Positions 29,109 to 39,086 of a stretch of 46,739 nt of DNA are shown in pieces. This stretch comes from Cyanophyceae cyanobacterium (GTDB lineage Bacteria > Cyanobacteriota > Cyanobacteriia > Cyanobacteriales > JBHJGN01): positions 1 to 46,739 of the forward strand of contig JBHJGN010000054.1 of NCBI GenBank assembly GCA_050331735.1, given 5' to 3'. The notes under the pieces were generated by a model. That model had not been told where the DNA came from and searched no databases. It was given only the letters and a program-made list of their open reading frames with translations. The position numbers and the translations under genes are program-made. Every line of letters begins with the position of its first letter. The first letter of the stretch is position 1.

Positions 29109-30737
29109 ATGAATCTGGTTTTATTCTTGCTCAAAAATTCTAGGAAAACCTTTCTGTTCGCCATTACTTGCAGTGCCTTCAGTGGAGCGAGTAATGCCGG
29201 AATTATTGCCACCATCAACTATAGCCTTGCTGCGTTCCCCCACTTTCCCGCTTGGCTTCCTGGGCTATTCGTTTTACTCTGCATCGCCTTTGCCCGATTT
29301 CAGGCCACGACCCTCATTTTGGTGACTCGCCTATCGCAGAGGATTATTTTCACCCTCAGATGCCAGATGGCCGAGACCGTGCTGGCTTCCCCGCTGCAAC
29401 AAATAGAAATTATTGGCCAGTCCAAGATTTTTGTCTCTTTAACCGAAGATATCACGGCCATTGCTCAAGCTTCCAAACGCCTCTCGCTGATAGTAGTCAG
29501 CGTGGGTACTATCGTAGGAATCTTTATTTATTTCTTATTTCTCTCGCCAACCCTATTTTTCGGCTTGCTGGGGCTGGCGATCGCTCTTTATTCGTTCTAC
29601 GATGCGATGGTCAGCAAAGGGTACAAATCCTTTGAAACGGCTCGCCAAAAACAGGAGCTGCTATACGACCGCTTCCGTACCCTCACCAGCGGAATCAAGG
29701 AACTTAAGCTCAACCGGGCCAAACGAGAAGCTTTTTTCCAAGAAGACTTGCAGCCCTCTGCTGCCGCAGTTTCGACCTACACAAATCAAGCGATGAAGAG
29801 GCTAGCTGTAGGCGATTCCTTTGGACTTGTGGCCTTCTTTTTTCCCATTGGTCTGCTGCTCTTTATCTTGCCTCAGTTTGTCGAAATATCGGCGGCGGCG
29901 ATCGCTAGCTATACTCTTGCCATTCTGTACCTGATTTTTCCGTTCGTAGAAATTATCGATGCCCTCCCGGAAGTAGCTCAAGCTAACGTCGCCTTGAGGA
30001 AGCTTGAATCCTTGCAGCAGAAACTCTCAAAAGCGATCGCGGAACCCAAGAATTCAGCCTCAATAACTGACCGTTCCCCTAGCTGGACCAGTTTGGCATT
30101 CATTGATATTCACTATGCTTATGTGGGCGAAGCCGAAATCCATCAATTTAAGCTCAGCAATATTACTCTGACTTTCTACCCCGGAGAACTCGTCTTTATT
30201 GTCGGGGGCAACGGTAGCGGGAAATCGACTTTCATTAAGCTTTTGACCGGACTGTACGCACCAACGCAAGGAAAGATTTTCTGGGACGGTCAACTGATTA
30301 CTGACGAAAATCGAGACTGGTATCGCCAGCACTTTGCGACAGTATTTGCTGACTTTCATCTGTTTGACAGACTTTCTGGGGTAGCCGAATATCAACAAGC
30401 GGATATCCACACCTATCTATCTCGCCTAGAACTTACTCGCAAAGTAACGGTGCAGGAAGACGGCAGCTTCTCCACTACGAATCTTTCTCAGGGACAGCGC
30501 AAGCGGCTGGCTCTCCTGACAGCCTATTTGGAAGATCGACCGATCTATGTCTTCGACGAGTGGGCCTCCGATCAAGACCCCGTTTACAGAGCCATCTTTT
30601 ATGAAAATCTGCTCCCCGAGCTGAAGCAGCGTGGTAAAACCGTGATTGCCGTTACCCACGACGACCGCTATTTTTCAGTAGCTGATCGTCGGATTCGGCT
30701 CGATTACGGTCGTATCGTGAATACTTCGACCCGGTAA
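29109..30737 (+). CDS. PvdE/SyrD-type cyclic-peptide ABC exporter (fused TMD-NBD)
   Basis: GIKELKLN, GGNGSGKST, LSQGQRKRLAL, FDEWASDQDP, VTHDDRYF. Confidence 0.9.
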   Translation: MNLVLFLLKNSRKTFLFAITCSAFSGASNAGIIATINYSLAAFPHFPAWLPGLFVLLCIAFARFQATTLILVTRLSQRIIFTLRCQMAETVLASPLQQIEIIGQSKIFVSLTEDITAIAQASKRLSLIVVSVGTIVGIFIYFLFLSPTLFFGLLGLAIALYSFYDAMVSKGYKSFETARQKQELLYDRFRTLTSGIKELKLNRAKREAFFQEDLQPSAAAVSTYTNQAMKRLAVGDSFGLVAFFFPIGLLLFILPQFVEISAAAIASYTLAILYLIFPFVEIIDALPEVAQANVALRKLESLQQKLSKAIAEPKNSASITDRSPSWTSLAFIDIHYAYVGEAEIHQFKLSNITLTFYPGELVFIVGGNGSGKSTFIKLLTGLYAPTQGKIFWDGQLITDENRDWYRQHFATVFADFHLFDRLSGVAEYQQADIHTYLSRLELTRKVTVQEDGSFSTTNLSQGQRKRLALLTAYLEDRPIYVFDEWASDQDPVYRAIFYENLLPELKQRGKTVIAVTHDDRYFSVADRRIRLDYGRIVNTSTR

Positions 30738-32166
30738 GCTCCAGCACGTACTTAATCAAAAACGGGAGGACGAGGGTGGCATCGGCCCGAATTTCACTGA
30801 AATACCCGCTATCGTGCATCTTGCGCCAGGAAACCCCTTCAGAATAGGTGCATCCCGACAGGTGGCCGTAGTAGGGGGGGTCGGGACAGATGCGACAGCC
30901 GTAGGTAAACTTCTTTTCCGGAAGTCGAACCTCTGCACTCTCGTTAATGATGTCGATGAGTGGGGGCACGTTTTGGACGTAGTTTCTGGGAACGCCGCCC
31001 CCGACGGTAAAAATGCCCAGTTTAGAGGAGCGGACAAACAGGTTGAGCAAATACTCCGTATCTAATTCCTGGTTGAACGCGAGCGGAGCTTTTCCCTCCC
31101 GTTTTCTCAACAAGTTGTGAACGTAGAGAGTATTGCCGATTTCGGAGTCGTGAAAGGCGGGGACGAAGACGGGAACATCCTGCTCGTAGGCCGATTTGAG
31201 CAGGCCCCGCTGCTGCGGGTAGCGCTCGGTGAGGTATTTCCCCATCTGTTGATGAAACCGTCGTGGACTCCACGCTTCGGTCCTGTGATCGCCGTCGAGC
31301 ACGGCCATAATAGCCGCTTTGATCTCTTCAAGATTGCTTTCGGGTTCGAGGGTATCGGTGACGCGATTGAGTTTGCGAGCGGCTAGATCGCTATCGTCTT
31401 GGGTGGGATCGTACTTGTAATGCTTAAGGCCGATACTTTCTACCAACCCGTGGGCCATCAGTGCACCCGTGCTGCATATCCCCTGAACGAGCTTGTGGTC
31501 AATGACATCGCAGAGAACGAGGCCCATTTTAGCGATTGTCATCGCTCCGCTGAGAGTCAGGATCACCGTACAGTCGGGATCGGAAATCATTGCGAGGAGC
31601 GATCGCGCTCCTCGGGCGACCTGCGTTGCCAAGCCGCCGTAGGGGGAAAGTCCCTCAATAAAAGGGACGATATTGGTGCGCCTGCCGAGGAGCTTTTCTT
31701 CCAGAACCGCAAATATAACAGGCATCACAAATCTCGGGTCGCTAAAAACGACGTTGGGATAGTACCCATCAGTGACTTGATGGGGCTTGGTCAGCCCGAA
31801 CGGATTAATAAAGAGCGTTGATTCGTCACTCAGAGAGGCTTCAAAATCGGGAGAATAGGCTCCCAAAACCACCACGGGGTCTGCAACAATAAATTTTTCC
31901 GCATATTCCCGTTGAGTGACAACCTGGGACACCCAGCGGCGAGCTACCATCTCTTGCAGTAAGGACTCTAAAGAGGCATCTAGTCCCCGCTCGTAGACGA
32001 TAGTGGGGAGGCGTCCGTCTGCAAGCCAGCGATGGAACTTAGCGGTGGCTTCCCCGAGCATTCTGGCCCCGAAAGAACAGAGGCTTAAGCCCCCCACCAG
32101 CGATGCAACGGAGTGAACGGTTGTTAGATCTAGAGGCTTGAGTTCTTGCAAGGGGTCACAAGGCAT
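30652..32166 (-). CDS. Deoxyhypusine synthase-like (homospermidine synthase-type) protein with an extra ~160-aa N-terminal domain
   Basis: TLSGAM, STGALMAH, VFVPAFHDSEIG, GGGVPRN, SGCTYSEGVSWRK (catalytic Lys position), ADATLVLP. Confidence 0.85.
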   Translation of the reverse strand: MPCDPLQELKPLDLTTVHSVASLVGGLSLCSFGARMLGEATAKFHRWLADGRLPTIVYERGLDASLESLLQEMVARRWVSQVVTQREYAEKFIVADPVVVLGAYSPDFEASLSDESTLFINPFGLTKPHQVTDGYYPNVVFSDPRFVMPVIFAVLEEKLLGRRTNIVPFIEGLSPYGGLATQVARGARSLLAMISDPDCTVILTLSGAMTIAKMGLVLCDVIDHKLVQGICSTGALMAHGLVESIGLKHYKYDPTQDDSDLAARKLNRVTDTLEPESNLEEIKAAIMAVLDGDHRTEAWSPRRFHQQMGKYLTERYPQQRGLLKSAYEQDVPVFVPAFHDSEIGNTLYVHNLLRKREGKAPLAFNQELDTEYLLNLFVRSSKLGIFTVGGGVPRNYVQNVPPLIDIINESAEVRLPEKKFTYGCRICPDPPYYGHLSGCTYSEGVSWRKMHDSGYFSEIRADATLVLPFLIKYVLELTGSKYSRYDRNRAESDDQLLKNSGRRG

Positions 32167-32340
32167 TGAAATTTTTTATCTTTGAAAAATTACTTTTAAA
32201 GCTTGACACGCAATCGTTAATTTTAGGTAATGTTTTTGACCGGGAACCTGTCAGTTTGTTTAGTGATTTATGTGGAGATCAAATGCTCTCCGTTGCTATG
32301 TCACCAACCTAAAGTCACAAGCTGCGTCTTCCCTCGTCCC

Positions 32341-32358
32341 ATTCCCACAAGTGGGAAT
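32341..32358. promoter_or_regulatory. Palindromic putative toxin-antitoxin operator
   Basis: ATTCCCAC-AA-GTGGGAAT perfect inverted repeat, abutting a TAAAAT -10-like hexamer. Confidence 0.6.
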
Positions 32359-32385
32359 AAAATGGAGGGCAAAAATGAAAGATAA

Positions 32386-32640
32386 ATGATGCTAGAGGGC
32401 TTCAAAATCTGTAGGAAGCAGGCCAAGGTGGACGAACGTGGCAGGGTTACCCTCACTTCCGCGCTAGCCAATCAGTACTTCGCTGTTTTAGCAAACGAGC
32501 AGGGACAATATTTGCTCGACCCTATCGTTGATAATCCTCGGCATGGCTGGCTGGAGGGATTTGAGAGAATGCGCGCTGAAGAGGAAGACACCCTCGAATT
32601 TGATAGCAAAAACCAACAAAGCTGTGAGCGACTACCCTAA
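32386..32640 (+). CDS. AbrB/MazE-like antitoxin
   Basis: KVDERGRVTL swapped-hairpin motif, acidic tail PRHGWLEGFERM..EEDTL; overlaps the toxin start. Confidence 0.7.
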   Translation: MMLEGFKICRKQAKVDERGRVTLTSALANQYFAVLANEQGQYLLDPIVDNPRHGWLEGFERMRAEEEDTLEFDSKNQQSCERLP

Positions 32641-32944
32641 AAGATACGAAATATGGATGGTCAAAGTTGATTCCATGACAGAAGAGTTGAAAAAGCGCTG
32701 CGTCGTTATTTCTCCCAATGAAATGAACTTGCCCAGTGCTCTGACAATCGTAGCCCCCCTGACTGAGAGCGGAAAGCATTATCCAACTAGAGTCGCAGTT
32801 CGGGGCGAGCGAGGTCGAGGAGCAGTCGCCTTGGAACAGCTAAGAAGTATTCGTAAAGGCCAATTTATCAAGCGGATCGGCGCTTTGAGTGAAATAGAAT
32901 CGCGGCAAGTTGCTCGTGTATTGACGGCCATGTTCTCGTTCTAA
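32624..32944 (+). CDS. PemK/MazF-family toxin
   Basis: KRYEIWMV, CVVISPNEMN, TIVAPLT, HYPTRV, LEQLRSI. GTG start at 32624. Confidence 0.8.
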   Translation: MSDYPKRYEIWMVKVDSMTEELKKRCVVISPNEMNLPSALTIVAPLTESGKHYPTRVAVRGERGRGAVALEQLRSIRKGQFIKRIGALSEIESRQVARVLTAMFSF

Positions 32945-32979
32945 AGTAGATACAGAAATAGAATTCACTTCCAAATTCA

Positions 32980-33693
32980 ATGGCCAATGAAGTATTAATT
33001 TTAAATCAGCAAGAGCGGGACAATTGTTATCGAGATTCTGCCAGTAATGGAATATCGGTGGCCAGATTATGTTACCGAAATTGCACCTACGAAAGTTTGG
33101 ATATGGACTTTAATCAGTCCCAACTAGCTAAGGCAAAAAAATTCTGTCTTAGTCTCGATCCAGGCCGAGACAGACAGTACCTACTGGTTCCGGAGCCTTA
33201 CGGATACAGTGTTTGGGGAGAAGTAAAACCAGTGGAGGTCGTCAAGTTACCAGCGAATTTTCACCCCTCTGCCAATAGTCAGCAAGTCAAGGAGGCTCTG
33301 CCGTCCCAGAATTGGACTGTCATGACTCAAGTCTTACTGGTGACTATTCACGCTCTAGCGAGCGACATTGAAGACCTAATGGGGAGTAAGAAAAAAATCT
33401 TTTTTTACCGAGAAGTGAGAGAGCTTCTTCAGCAGTTTTTATTGCGAGACCCGAAATCTCTGGGGTCAATTGATAAGCTACTAGAGGGAGAACCTCTCGC
33501 AGCCGAGTATCTCCCTCCCTTGACGCAACAACAAGTGGAATGGATTCTAGCGAGAGTGGTGCAGATTGCCAAAAAATATTACGGAAATACTATTTTTGTG
33601 GGGGTCGTGGTTGACAAACTCAAAAGTCTGCCGCTCTATGGCCAGCCACAAGTGGCCAATGTTTGTTTGCAGTTTGTATTGCTGTGCCAATAG
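32980..33693 (+). CDS. Hypothetical cyanobacterial protein resembling the Npun_F0813 family (divergent)
   Basis: LLVPEPYGYSVWG, DIEDLMG and KKYYGNTIF resemble that family as I recall it. Confidence 0.55.
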   Translation: MANEVLILNQQERDNCYRDSASNGISVARLCYRNCTYESLDMDFNQSQLAKAKKFCLSLDPGRDRQYLLVPEPYGYSVWGEVKPVEVVKLPANFHPSANSQQVKEALPSQNWTVMTQVLLVTIHALASDIEDLMGSKKKIFFYREVRELLQQFLLRDPKSLGSIDKLLEGEPLAAEYLPPLTQQQVEWILARVVQIAKKYYGNTIFVGVVVDKLKSLPLYGQPQVANVCLQFVLLCQ

Positions 33694-33838
33694 TGAGAAA
33701 CTTTCCGTTTCTAAAACTATATTACGAGGTCAAATGGGCTATGTGTGGCCTAAATTGTGGCGGCGATTCCTCCCTCGCTTCGCCTATCGGTAGAAGCGGA
33801 GAAACTTCGTCTCTTATTGTTGAACAACTGGTAAAGCT

Positions 33839-34777
33839 ATGAGACAAAGAAACCACTCTGCTGTAGAGTTTCCGACGCTAAACACCGTCATTATTGCTGG
33901 CATTATTTTGGGAGCAATTAGTCTGTTGCTGACCACAACCTTTAGGAGCCTAACCCCTGCTTCCCTTTGGTCTGACTATGTTTTCTACGCTGTCGAGATC
34001 ATCGTGTATTTAGGCGCTGCTTTGCTGTGTTGGCGGAACTGGCAGTACTCTCAACTAGTCAGCGCTCGCTCCATCTGGTTTTGGTTCGGGGTTGGCTGCT
34101 TCAGCTACACGCTCGGCGTTTTCTTCTTCGCCTACTGGGAACTGATTTTAGAGCGGGAACCCGATGTCTCGTTGGGAGATCCCTTTTTTATTGGGACAAC
34201 CCTGTTCTGGCTTGTCGGCATGTTGGTAGCCGTTCAGTTTCGAGGCATCAGCCTTGATGGGGGGCAAGGAATTATCTTAGCCTGCGTGAGTCTAATCTCG
34301 ATCTGGTTGGGCTGGCTCGTGGCGAATCCTTCAGAAGCAACGGCAGCACCAAGACTCTTCAGCGAAAGAGAATTTCCCCGACCAGGATTCCTCCTCTCCC
34401 AGATGGCGCAGGCAGCGCCAACTAGCCAGACCGAGCAGACCCCCCAATGGGTGATCGCGGTAGAAAACGCCCTAACTCCACTGGTGGGACTGATTAACCT
34501 GTCCTACGTAGCGGGAGATATTTTGCTGTTGGTGATGGCGACGGCGATCGTGCTTACCTTCTGGGGAGGACGATTTTCCACGACTTGGACCTTTGTAGCG
34601 AGTGGGTTTTTCTTTTTCTACCTAGCAGACATGGTTTATGCTTTCGTCGTCATTAACGGAAGCTATGATGCCGTAAATTTCGGGTTTCTCGATTCTCTTT
34701 GGACCTTGACCGGAATTTTGTTGGCGATCGGAGCTGCTAAAGAATACGATCTTTCCTTCAGACGACTGCGCAGATAG
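33839..34777 (+). CDS. Polytopic hypothetical membrane protein
   Basis: Multiple TM segments; SLGDPFF, FWGGRFS, YLADM. Confidence 0.75.
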   Translation: MRQRNHSAVEFPTLNTVIIAGIILGAISLLLTTTFRSLTPASLWSDYVFYAVEIIVYLGAALLCWRNWQYSQLVSARSIWFWFGVGCFSYTLGVFFFAYWELILEREPDVSLGDPFFIGTTLFWLVGMLVAVQFRGISLDGGQGIILACVSLISIWLGWLVANPSEATAAPRLFSEREFPRPGFLLSQMAQAAPTSQTEQTPQWVIAVENALTPLVGLINLSYVAGDILLLVMATAIVLTFWGGRFSTTWTFVASGFFFFYLADMVYAFVVINGSYDAVNFGFLDSLWTLTGILLAIGAAKEYDLSFRRLRR

Positions 34778-35041
34778 AGGCTATTATCAGCGAACAACAG
34801 GAAAAAAAGCGAAACATCAATAAATAAATTTTCATATTGATTTACAGAAAAAAAAGTCATTTAATATTGTGTTTATGAAGCAAGTAACTTTTAATGTTTC
34901 TGCAACTAAGTTAGCTCTCATTAGATATTCTTTGCGACTTACCGACCACTTATCTTTGTTTCAATGCATTGAGGTTGTTATCTGGGTTGCTCCTAAAAGG
35001 AGTTCTAAACCTCAATAGGAAATCGCTCAAACTTGTAATGT

Positions 35042-35881
35042 CTAGGAGTACGTTGCTAAAAGTTGTTGAAGTTTAAGAGCAGTGTCTGACTCTGGCAACG
35101 GTAAGTACATGACAACTTCTAGATTTGGGCGATCGGCAACCTTAAAAACAACATAGTTTAATGCCAACCGACCAACGAGCGGGTGAGCGATTTCTTTGTG
35201 CCCATCTATTCTGCCTAATACGTCATGTTCTACCCACCATAGTCGAAACTTTGGGCTGGCAACCTCAAGGTCATTGATTAATTCAACAAACCAAGGATCT
35301 CCGATATAACGACTATAACTAGCACGAAACTGAGCCAGCACTAGGCGAGCATGAGCTTCCCAATCAACCAAATTTTGGCGCAAATTCTCATTGGTGAACA
35401 CAAACCAAAGAATATTTCGCTCTTGAAGTGGCAGCGATCCGAAATCGCCGAATACAGCACAAGCGGATTGATTCCAAGCAAGTAAATCCCATCTCTGTCC
35501 GGTAATATAGGCAGGATTGGCGCTAAATCGATCGAGTGCCTGTAGTAGCAAGGGACTCACGCTCTCTTGTGATTGAATTGAAGCGATGGGAGGTGACTGA
35601 TCCGCTAGCAGAAATAAATGATTCCGCTCATCTAAATTCAGCTTGAGGGCACGAGCGATCCCTTCTAACACTTGAACGGAAACTTGAATATCGCGTCCCT
35701 GTTCAATCCACGTATACCAAGTCACTCCAACTCCTGCGAGTTGAGCAACTTCTTCTCGGCGTAGTCCAGGTGTCCGCCGCCGGACTCCCTCTGGTAAACC
35801 AACTTCCCCTGGAGAAATTCGACTACGGCGGTTTTTTAGAAAGCTTGACAACGCCTTTAATCGTTTTTTCTTATCCATCAC
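35042..35881 (-). CDS. XRE-HTH / MmyB-like transcriptional regulator
   Basis: RRRTPGLRREEVAQLAGVGVTWYTWIEQGR, WDLLAWN, HPLVGRL. Confidence 0.9.
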   Translation of the reverse strand: MMDKKKRLKALSSFLKNRRSRISPGEVGLPEGVRRRTPGLRREEVAQLAGVGVTWYTWIEQGRDIQVSVQVLEGIARALKLNLDERNHLFLLADQSPPIASIQSQESVSPLLLQALDRFSANPAYITGQRWDLLAWNQSACAVFGDFGSLPLQERNILWFVFTNENLRQNLVDWEAHARLVLAQFRASYSRYIGDPWFVELINDLEVASPKFRLWWVEHDVLGRIDGHKEIAHPLVGRLALNYVVFKVADRPNLEVVMYLPLPESDTALKLQQLLATYS

Positions 35882-36024
35882 ACATTGTTGTGTCTCTCTT
35901 ACCGAGTAGTGCCAGTACTTTAAGCTGCTTAAAGCATCAGTCAGCTAATAGTCAACATTCACTGCTTGCCGCCCAAGAGAAGCATTCCAACTTACTGATT
36001 GCTTAACACCAACGACTAAATCTA

Positions 36025-37695
36025 TCAGCGCGTAAAGCTGTAGATAGTTTGGGTTTCTAACTCACTACAAAGTTCAGATGGTTTTCGACTCAGGGGAAAA
36101 GCCTGACGATCTAGCTTCACCTGCAAGTGAGCCATTGGATCATCTCCAGGAGAAACGAGAAACTCGAGGCGCTGAACGTGTGCCCACTCAGCAAGAGTGT
36201 CGAGAATATGGGTGACGGCAAGGACGTAGGGATGTCTACCGTTCTTGTACCAGTCAGCGGTAGCCAGCTTCGGCTGATCGAACCCCAGATGAAACACCAG
36301 AGTCGGTTTACTAAAGAGAGCGATTCCTACTGGTCTCGCTTCCTCCTGCAGCAGAAGTTGAGACGACTGAGCCAGGTAGCGCAATTTCTCTAGTTTTTCG
36401 TATTTCTCGGTAATAGAATCGAGGGGTTTGTCCCAATCAATCGCTACTGTCGTCAGATAGGTTTGCAGCAGCATGTGACCTAGCTTTTTTGCTTTTGTAG
36501 CCAGGTAGTTAGAATTGTAGTCGTTGGACTCGATGAGCAGCGGTACGCGATCGACCACTTCTAACCCGTAGCCCTTCAATCCGGCAATTTTCCGGGGATT
36601 GTTGGTAATCAGACGAATTTTTTTCACGCCGAGATCGTTGAGCATCTGTGCGCCCATGCCGTAGTCGCGCAGATCTGCCGGGAAGCCCAGCCGCTCATTG
36701 GCCTCTACTGTATCTAGCCCCATATCCTGCAAAGAATAGGCCTTGAGCTTATTGACTAGCCCAATGCCTCTTCCTTCCTGACGCAGATAGACAACGACTC
36801 CTAGCCCAGCGCTTTCAATCATTTTCAGCGCTGCCTGGAGCTGCATGCGGCAGTCACAGCGCAATGACCCTAGCGCATCTCCGGTTAAGCATTCCGAGTG
36901 CATCCGCACCATCACAGGCTGGTCGCCAAACTCCTGCGGCTCGCCTTTAACGATAGCAACGTGCTCTGTATCGTTCAGTGTGTTGCGATAGGCGTAAATT
37001 TGGAAATTGCCAAACTGAGTTGGCAGCTTAGAAATGGTCTCGCGATGAACAAAACGGTCGTGTTGCAAGCGATAGCTAATGAGGTCGGCAATACTGACAA
37101 TTTTGAGGTGGTGTTTTTTAGCGTACTTAAATAGCTCCGGGAGCCGCGCCATCGACCCGTCGGGATTTTGAATCTCACAAATGACCCCGGCAGGAAATAA
37201 CCCCGCGAGTCTCGCTAAATCAATGGAGGCTTCGGTATGTCCAGCTCGTTTGAGTACACCACCTTCTCGGGCGCGAATCGGAAAAATATGCCCTGGTCGG
37301 TCTAAGTCTTTCGGTTTAGAGGCTGGGTTAATGGCAACCTGGATGGTGCGAGCGCGGTCATCTGCCGAAATTCCGGTGGTGACTCCCAAATGAGCGGCGG
37401 CATCAATACTGACGGTGAATGCCGTCTGGTTGCGGTCGGTATTCTGATTCACCATCAGGGGCAAATCGAGTGCATCGAGGCGATCGCCCGTCATCGCTAG
37501 ACAAATCAGCCCTCTGGCTTCCACCGCCATAAAGTTAATCATGTTTGGGGTGGCAAACTGAGCTGCACAGATTAAGTCTCCCTCGTTTTCCCGGTTTTCG
37601 TCATCGACAACGACAATTGCCTCTCCCGCTTTAAGAGCCTCTAAAGCGGCATCGATCGAGTCGAATTCTAATAAGTTGTTCGCAGGCGCTTCCAC
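36025..37695 (-). CDS. ribBA: Bifunctional DHBP synthase / GTP cyclohydrolase II with cyanobacterial C-terminal extension
   Basis: [48 protein letters not shown]. Confidence 0.96.
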   Translation of the reverse strand: MEAPANNLLEFDSIDAALEALKAGEAIVVVDDENRENEGDLICAAQFATPNMINFMAVEARGLICLAMTGDRLDALDLPLMVNQNTDRNQTAFTVSIDAAAHLGVTTGISADDRARTIQVAINPASKPKDLDRPGHIFPIRAREGGVLKRAGHTEASIDLARLAGLFPAGVICEIQNPDGSMARLPELFKYAKKHHLKIVSIADLISYRLQHDRFVHRETISKLPTQFGNFQIYAYRNTLNDTEHVAIVKGEPQEFGDQPVMVRMHSECLTGDALGSLRCDCRMQLQAALKMIESAGLGVVVYLRQEGRGIGLVNKLKAYSLQDMGLDTVEANERLGFPADLRDYGMGAQMLNDLGVKKIRLITNNPRKIAGLKGYGLEVVDRVPLLIESNDYNSNYLATKAKKLGHMLLQTYLTTVAIDWDKPLDSITEKYEKLEKLRYLAQSSQLLLQEEARPVGIALFSKPTLVFHLGFDQPKLATADWYKNGRHPYVLAVTHILDTLAEWAHVQRLEFLVSPGDDPMAHLQVKLDRQAFPLSRKPSELCSELETQTIYSFTR

Positions 37696-37921
37696 TAGAA
37701 TCTGAGCAGTATGTAAACTTTTATGACTGACTTACTTCGATTGTACCTTGTTTGCTGAATTTCTGAGGTGGACTGCCTCATAAATAGACTCTTGGGAAGG
37801 CTCTCTAGCTCTTTATCGAACCGGTCTGAGCGGCGGTGGCGATTTTTTTTCGTCAATCGGGGAGTTTTGATACTAGAATGCAGCAAAAGTTAAATGACAT
37901 AGAAACTTAACCCCACAATCA

Positions 37922-38980
37922 ATGAGTAATTCTGAGCGTTTGCCAGTAGGAATTATTGGGGCATCTGGCTATGGAGGTGTCCAGTTGGTGCGTCTGCTCA
38001 TCGAGCATCCCCAGGTAGAGATTGTTTATTTGGGGGGCGACAGTAGCGCCGGGAAGACCTTTACCGAGCTTTACCCGCACCTAGAGGAGCGCATCACTCT
38101 AAAAATAGAGGCCATTGATCTCAATGAGGTTGCTGCGCGATGTAAGGTGGTGTTTTTAGGTTTACCCAATGGTTTAGCCTGTCAAATGGCTCCCACGCTA
38201 ATTGAAAAGGGCTGTAAAGTGTTAGATCTGTCAGCAGACTACCGCTTTAGCGACCTCAATACCTACACAACTTGGTATAAAAAAGAACGGGGCGATCGCG
38301 CGATCGCTGCCACGGCGGTGTACGGTTTGCCGGAACTCTACCGCGACCAGATTAAGACGGCTCAACTAATTGGCTGTCCGGGCTGCTATCCAACTACAAG
38401 CCTGCTGGCTCTGTCTCCGCTCCTCAAACAGGGACTGATCGTGCCAGAAACGGCGATTATCGATGCCAAGTCAGGAACGTCGGGCGGGGGTCGTCAGGCC
38501 AAAACCCATTTACTGCTGGCCGAAGCGGATAATTCTCTGGGAGCCTATGGAGTAGCAGCGCACCGCCATACACCGGAGATCGAGCAGATTTGCGCAGATT
38601 TAGCCGGTCATGAGGTCAGAATCCAGTTTACACCTCACCTAATCCCGATGGTGCGGGGCATCTTAGCAACCGTATACGCCACTCTCCGCGACCCCGGACT
38701 GGTGCGAGAAGATTTAATCACTATCTTCACCGCCTTCTATCGCACGTCTCCCTTTGTGAAGATTTTACCCAGTGGCGTATATCCCCAGACCAAGTGGGCT
38801 TACGGCACTAACCTTTGCTATATCGGTATTGAGGTCGATTCCCGCACCGGACGAGCCATTATCATGTCCGTTACCGACAATCTAATAAAGGGTCAGGCAG
38901 GACAAGCGGTACAGTGCCTCAACCTCATGATGGGGTGGGAAGAAACAACTGGGCTACCTCAGTTGAGCTTTTATCCATAA
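37922..38980 (+). CDS. argC: N-acetyl-gamma-glutamyl-phosphate reductase
   Basis: [40 protein letters not shown]. Confidence 0.96.
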   Translation: MSNSERLPVGIIGASGYGGVQLVRLLIEHPQVEIVYLGGDSSAGKTFTELYPHLEERITLKIEAIDLNEVAARCKVVFLGLPNGLACQMAPTLIEKGCKVLDLSADYRFSDLNTYTTWYKKERGDRAIAATAVYGLPELYRDQIKTAQLIGCPGCYPTTSLLALSPLLKQGLIVPETAIIDAKSGTSGGGRQAKTHLLLAEADNSLGAYGVAAHRHTPEIEQICADLAGHEVRIQFTPHLIPMVRGILATVYATLRDPGLVREDLITIFTAFYRTSPFVKILPSGVYPQTKWAYGTNLCYIGIEVDSRTGRAIIMSVTDNLIKGQAGQAVQCLNLMMGWEETTGLPQLSFYP

Positions 38981-39086
38981 GCAACGGACATGCCTCCGTC
39001 CCCATTTAGGGGGAAATTTAACAGTAAAACCGTTCATTTTTAATGTTGCCTTCCGTTCACTCCTAGTGCCATTGAGCACTTGACGC

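Noticed and set aside
32528..32623. N-terminal extension of the MazF ORF in the track
   Set aside because: It overlaps the antitoxin and lacks toxin similarity; GTG 32624 fits the family length.
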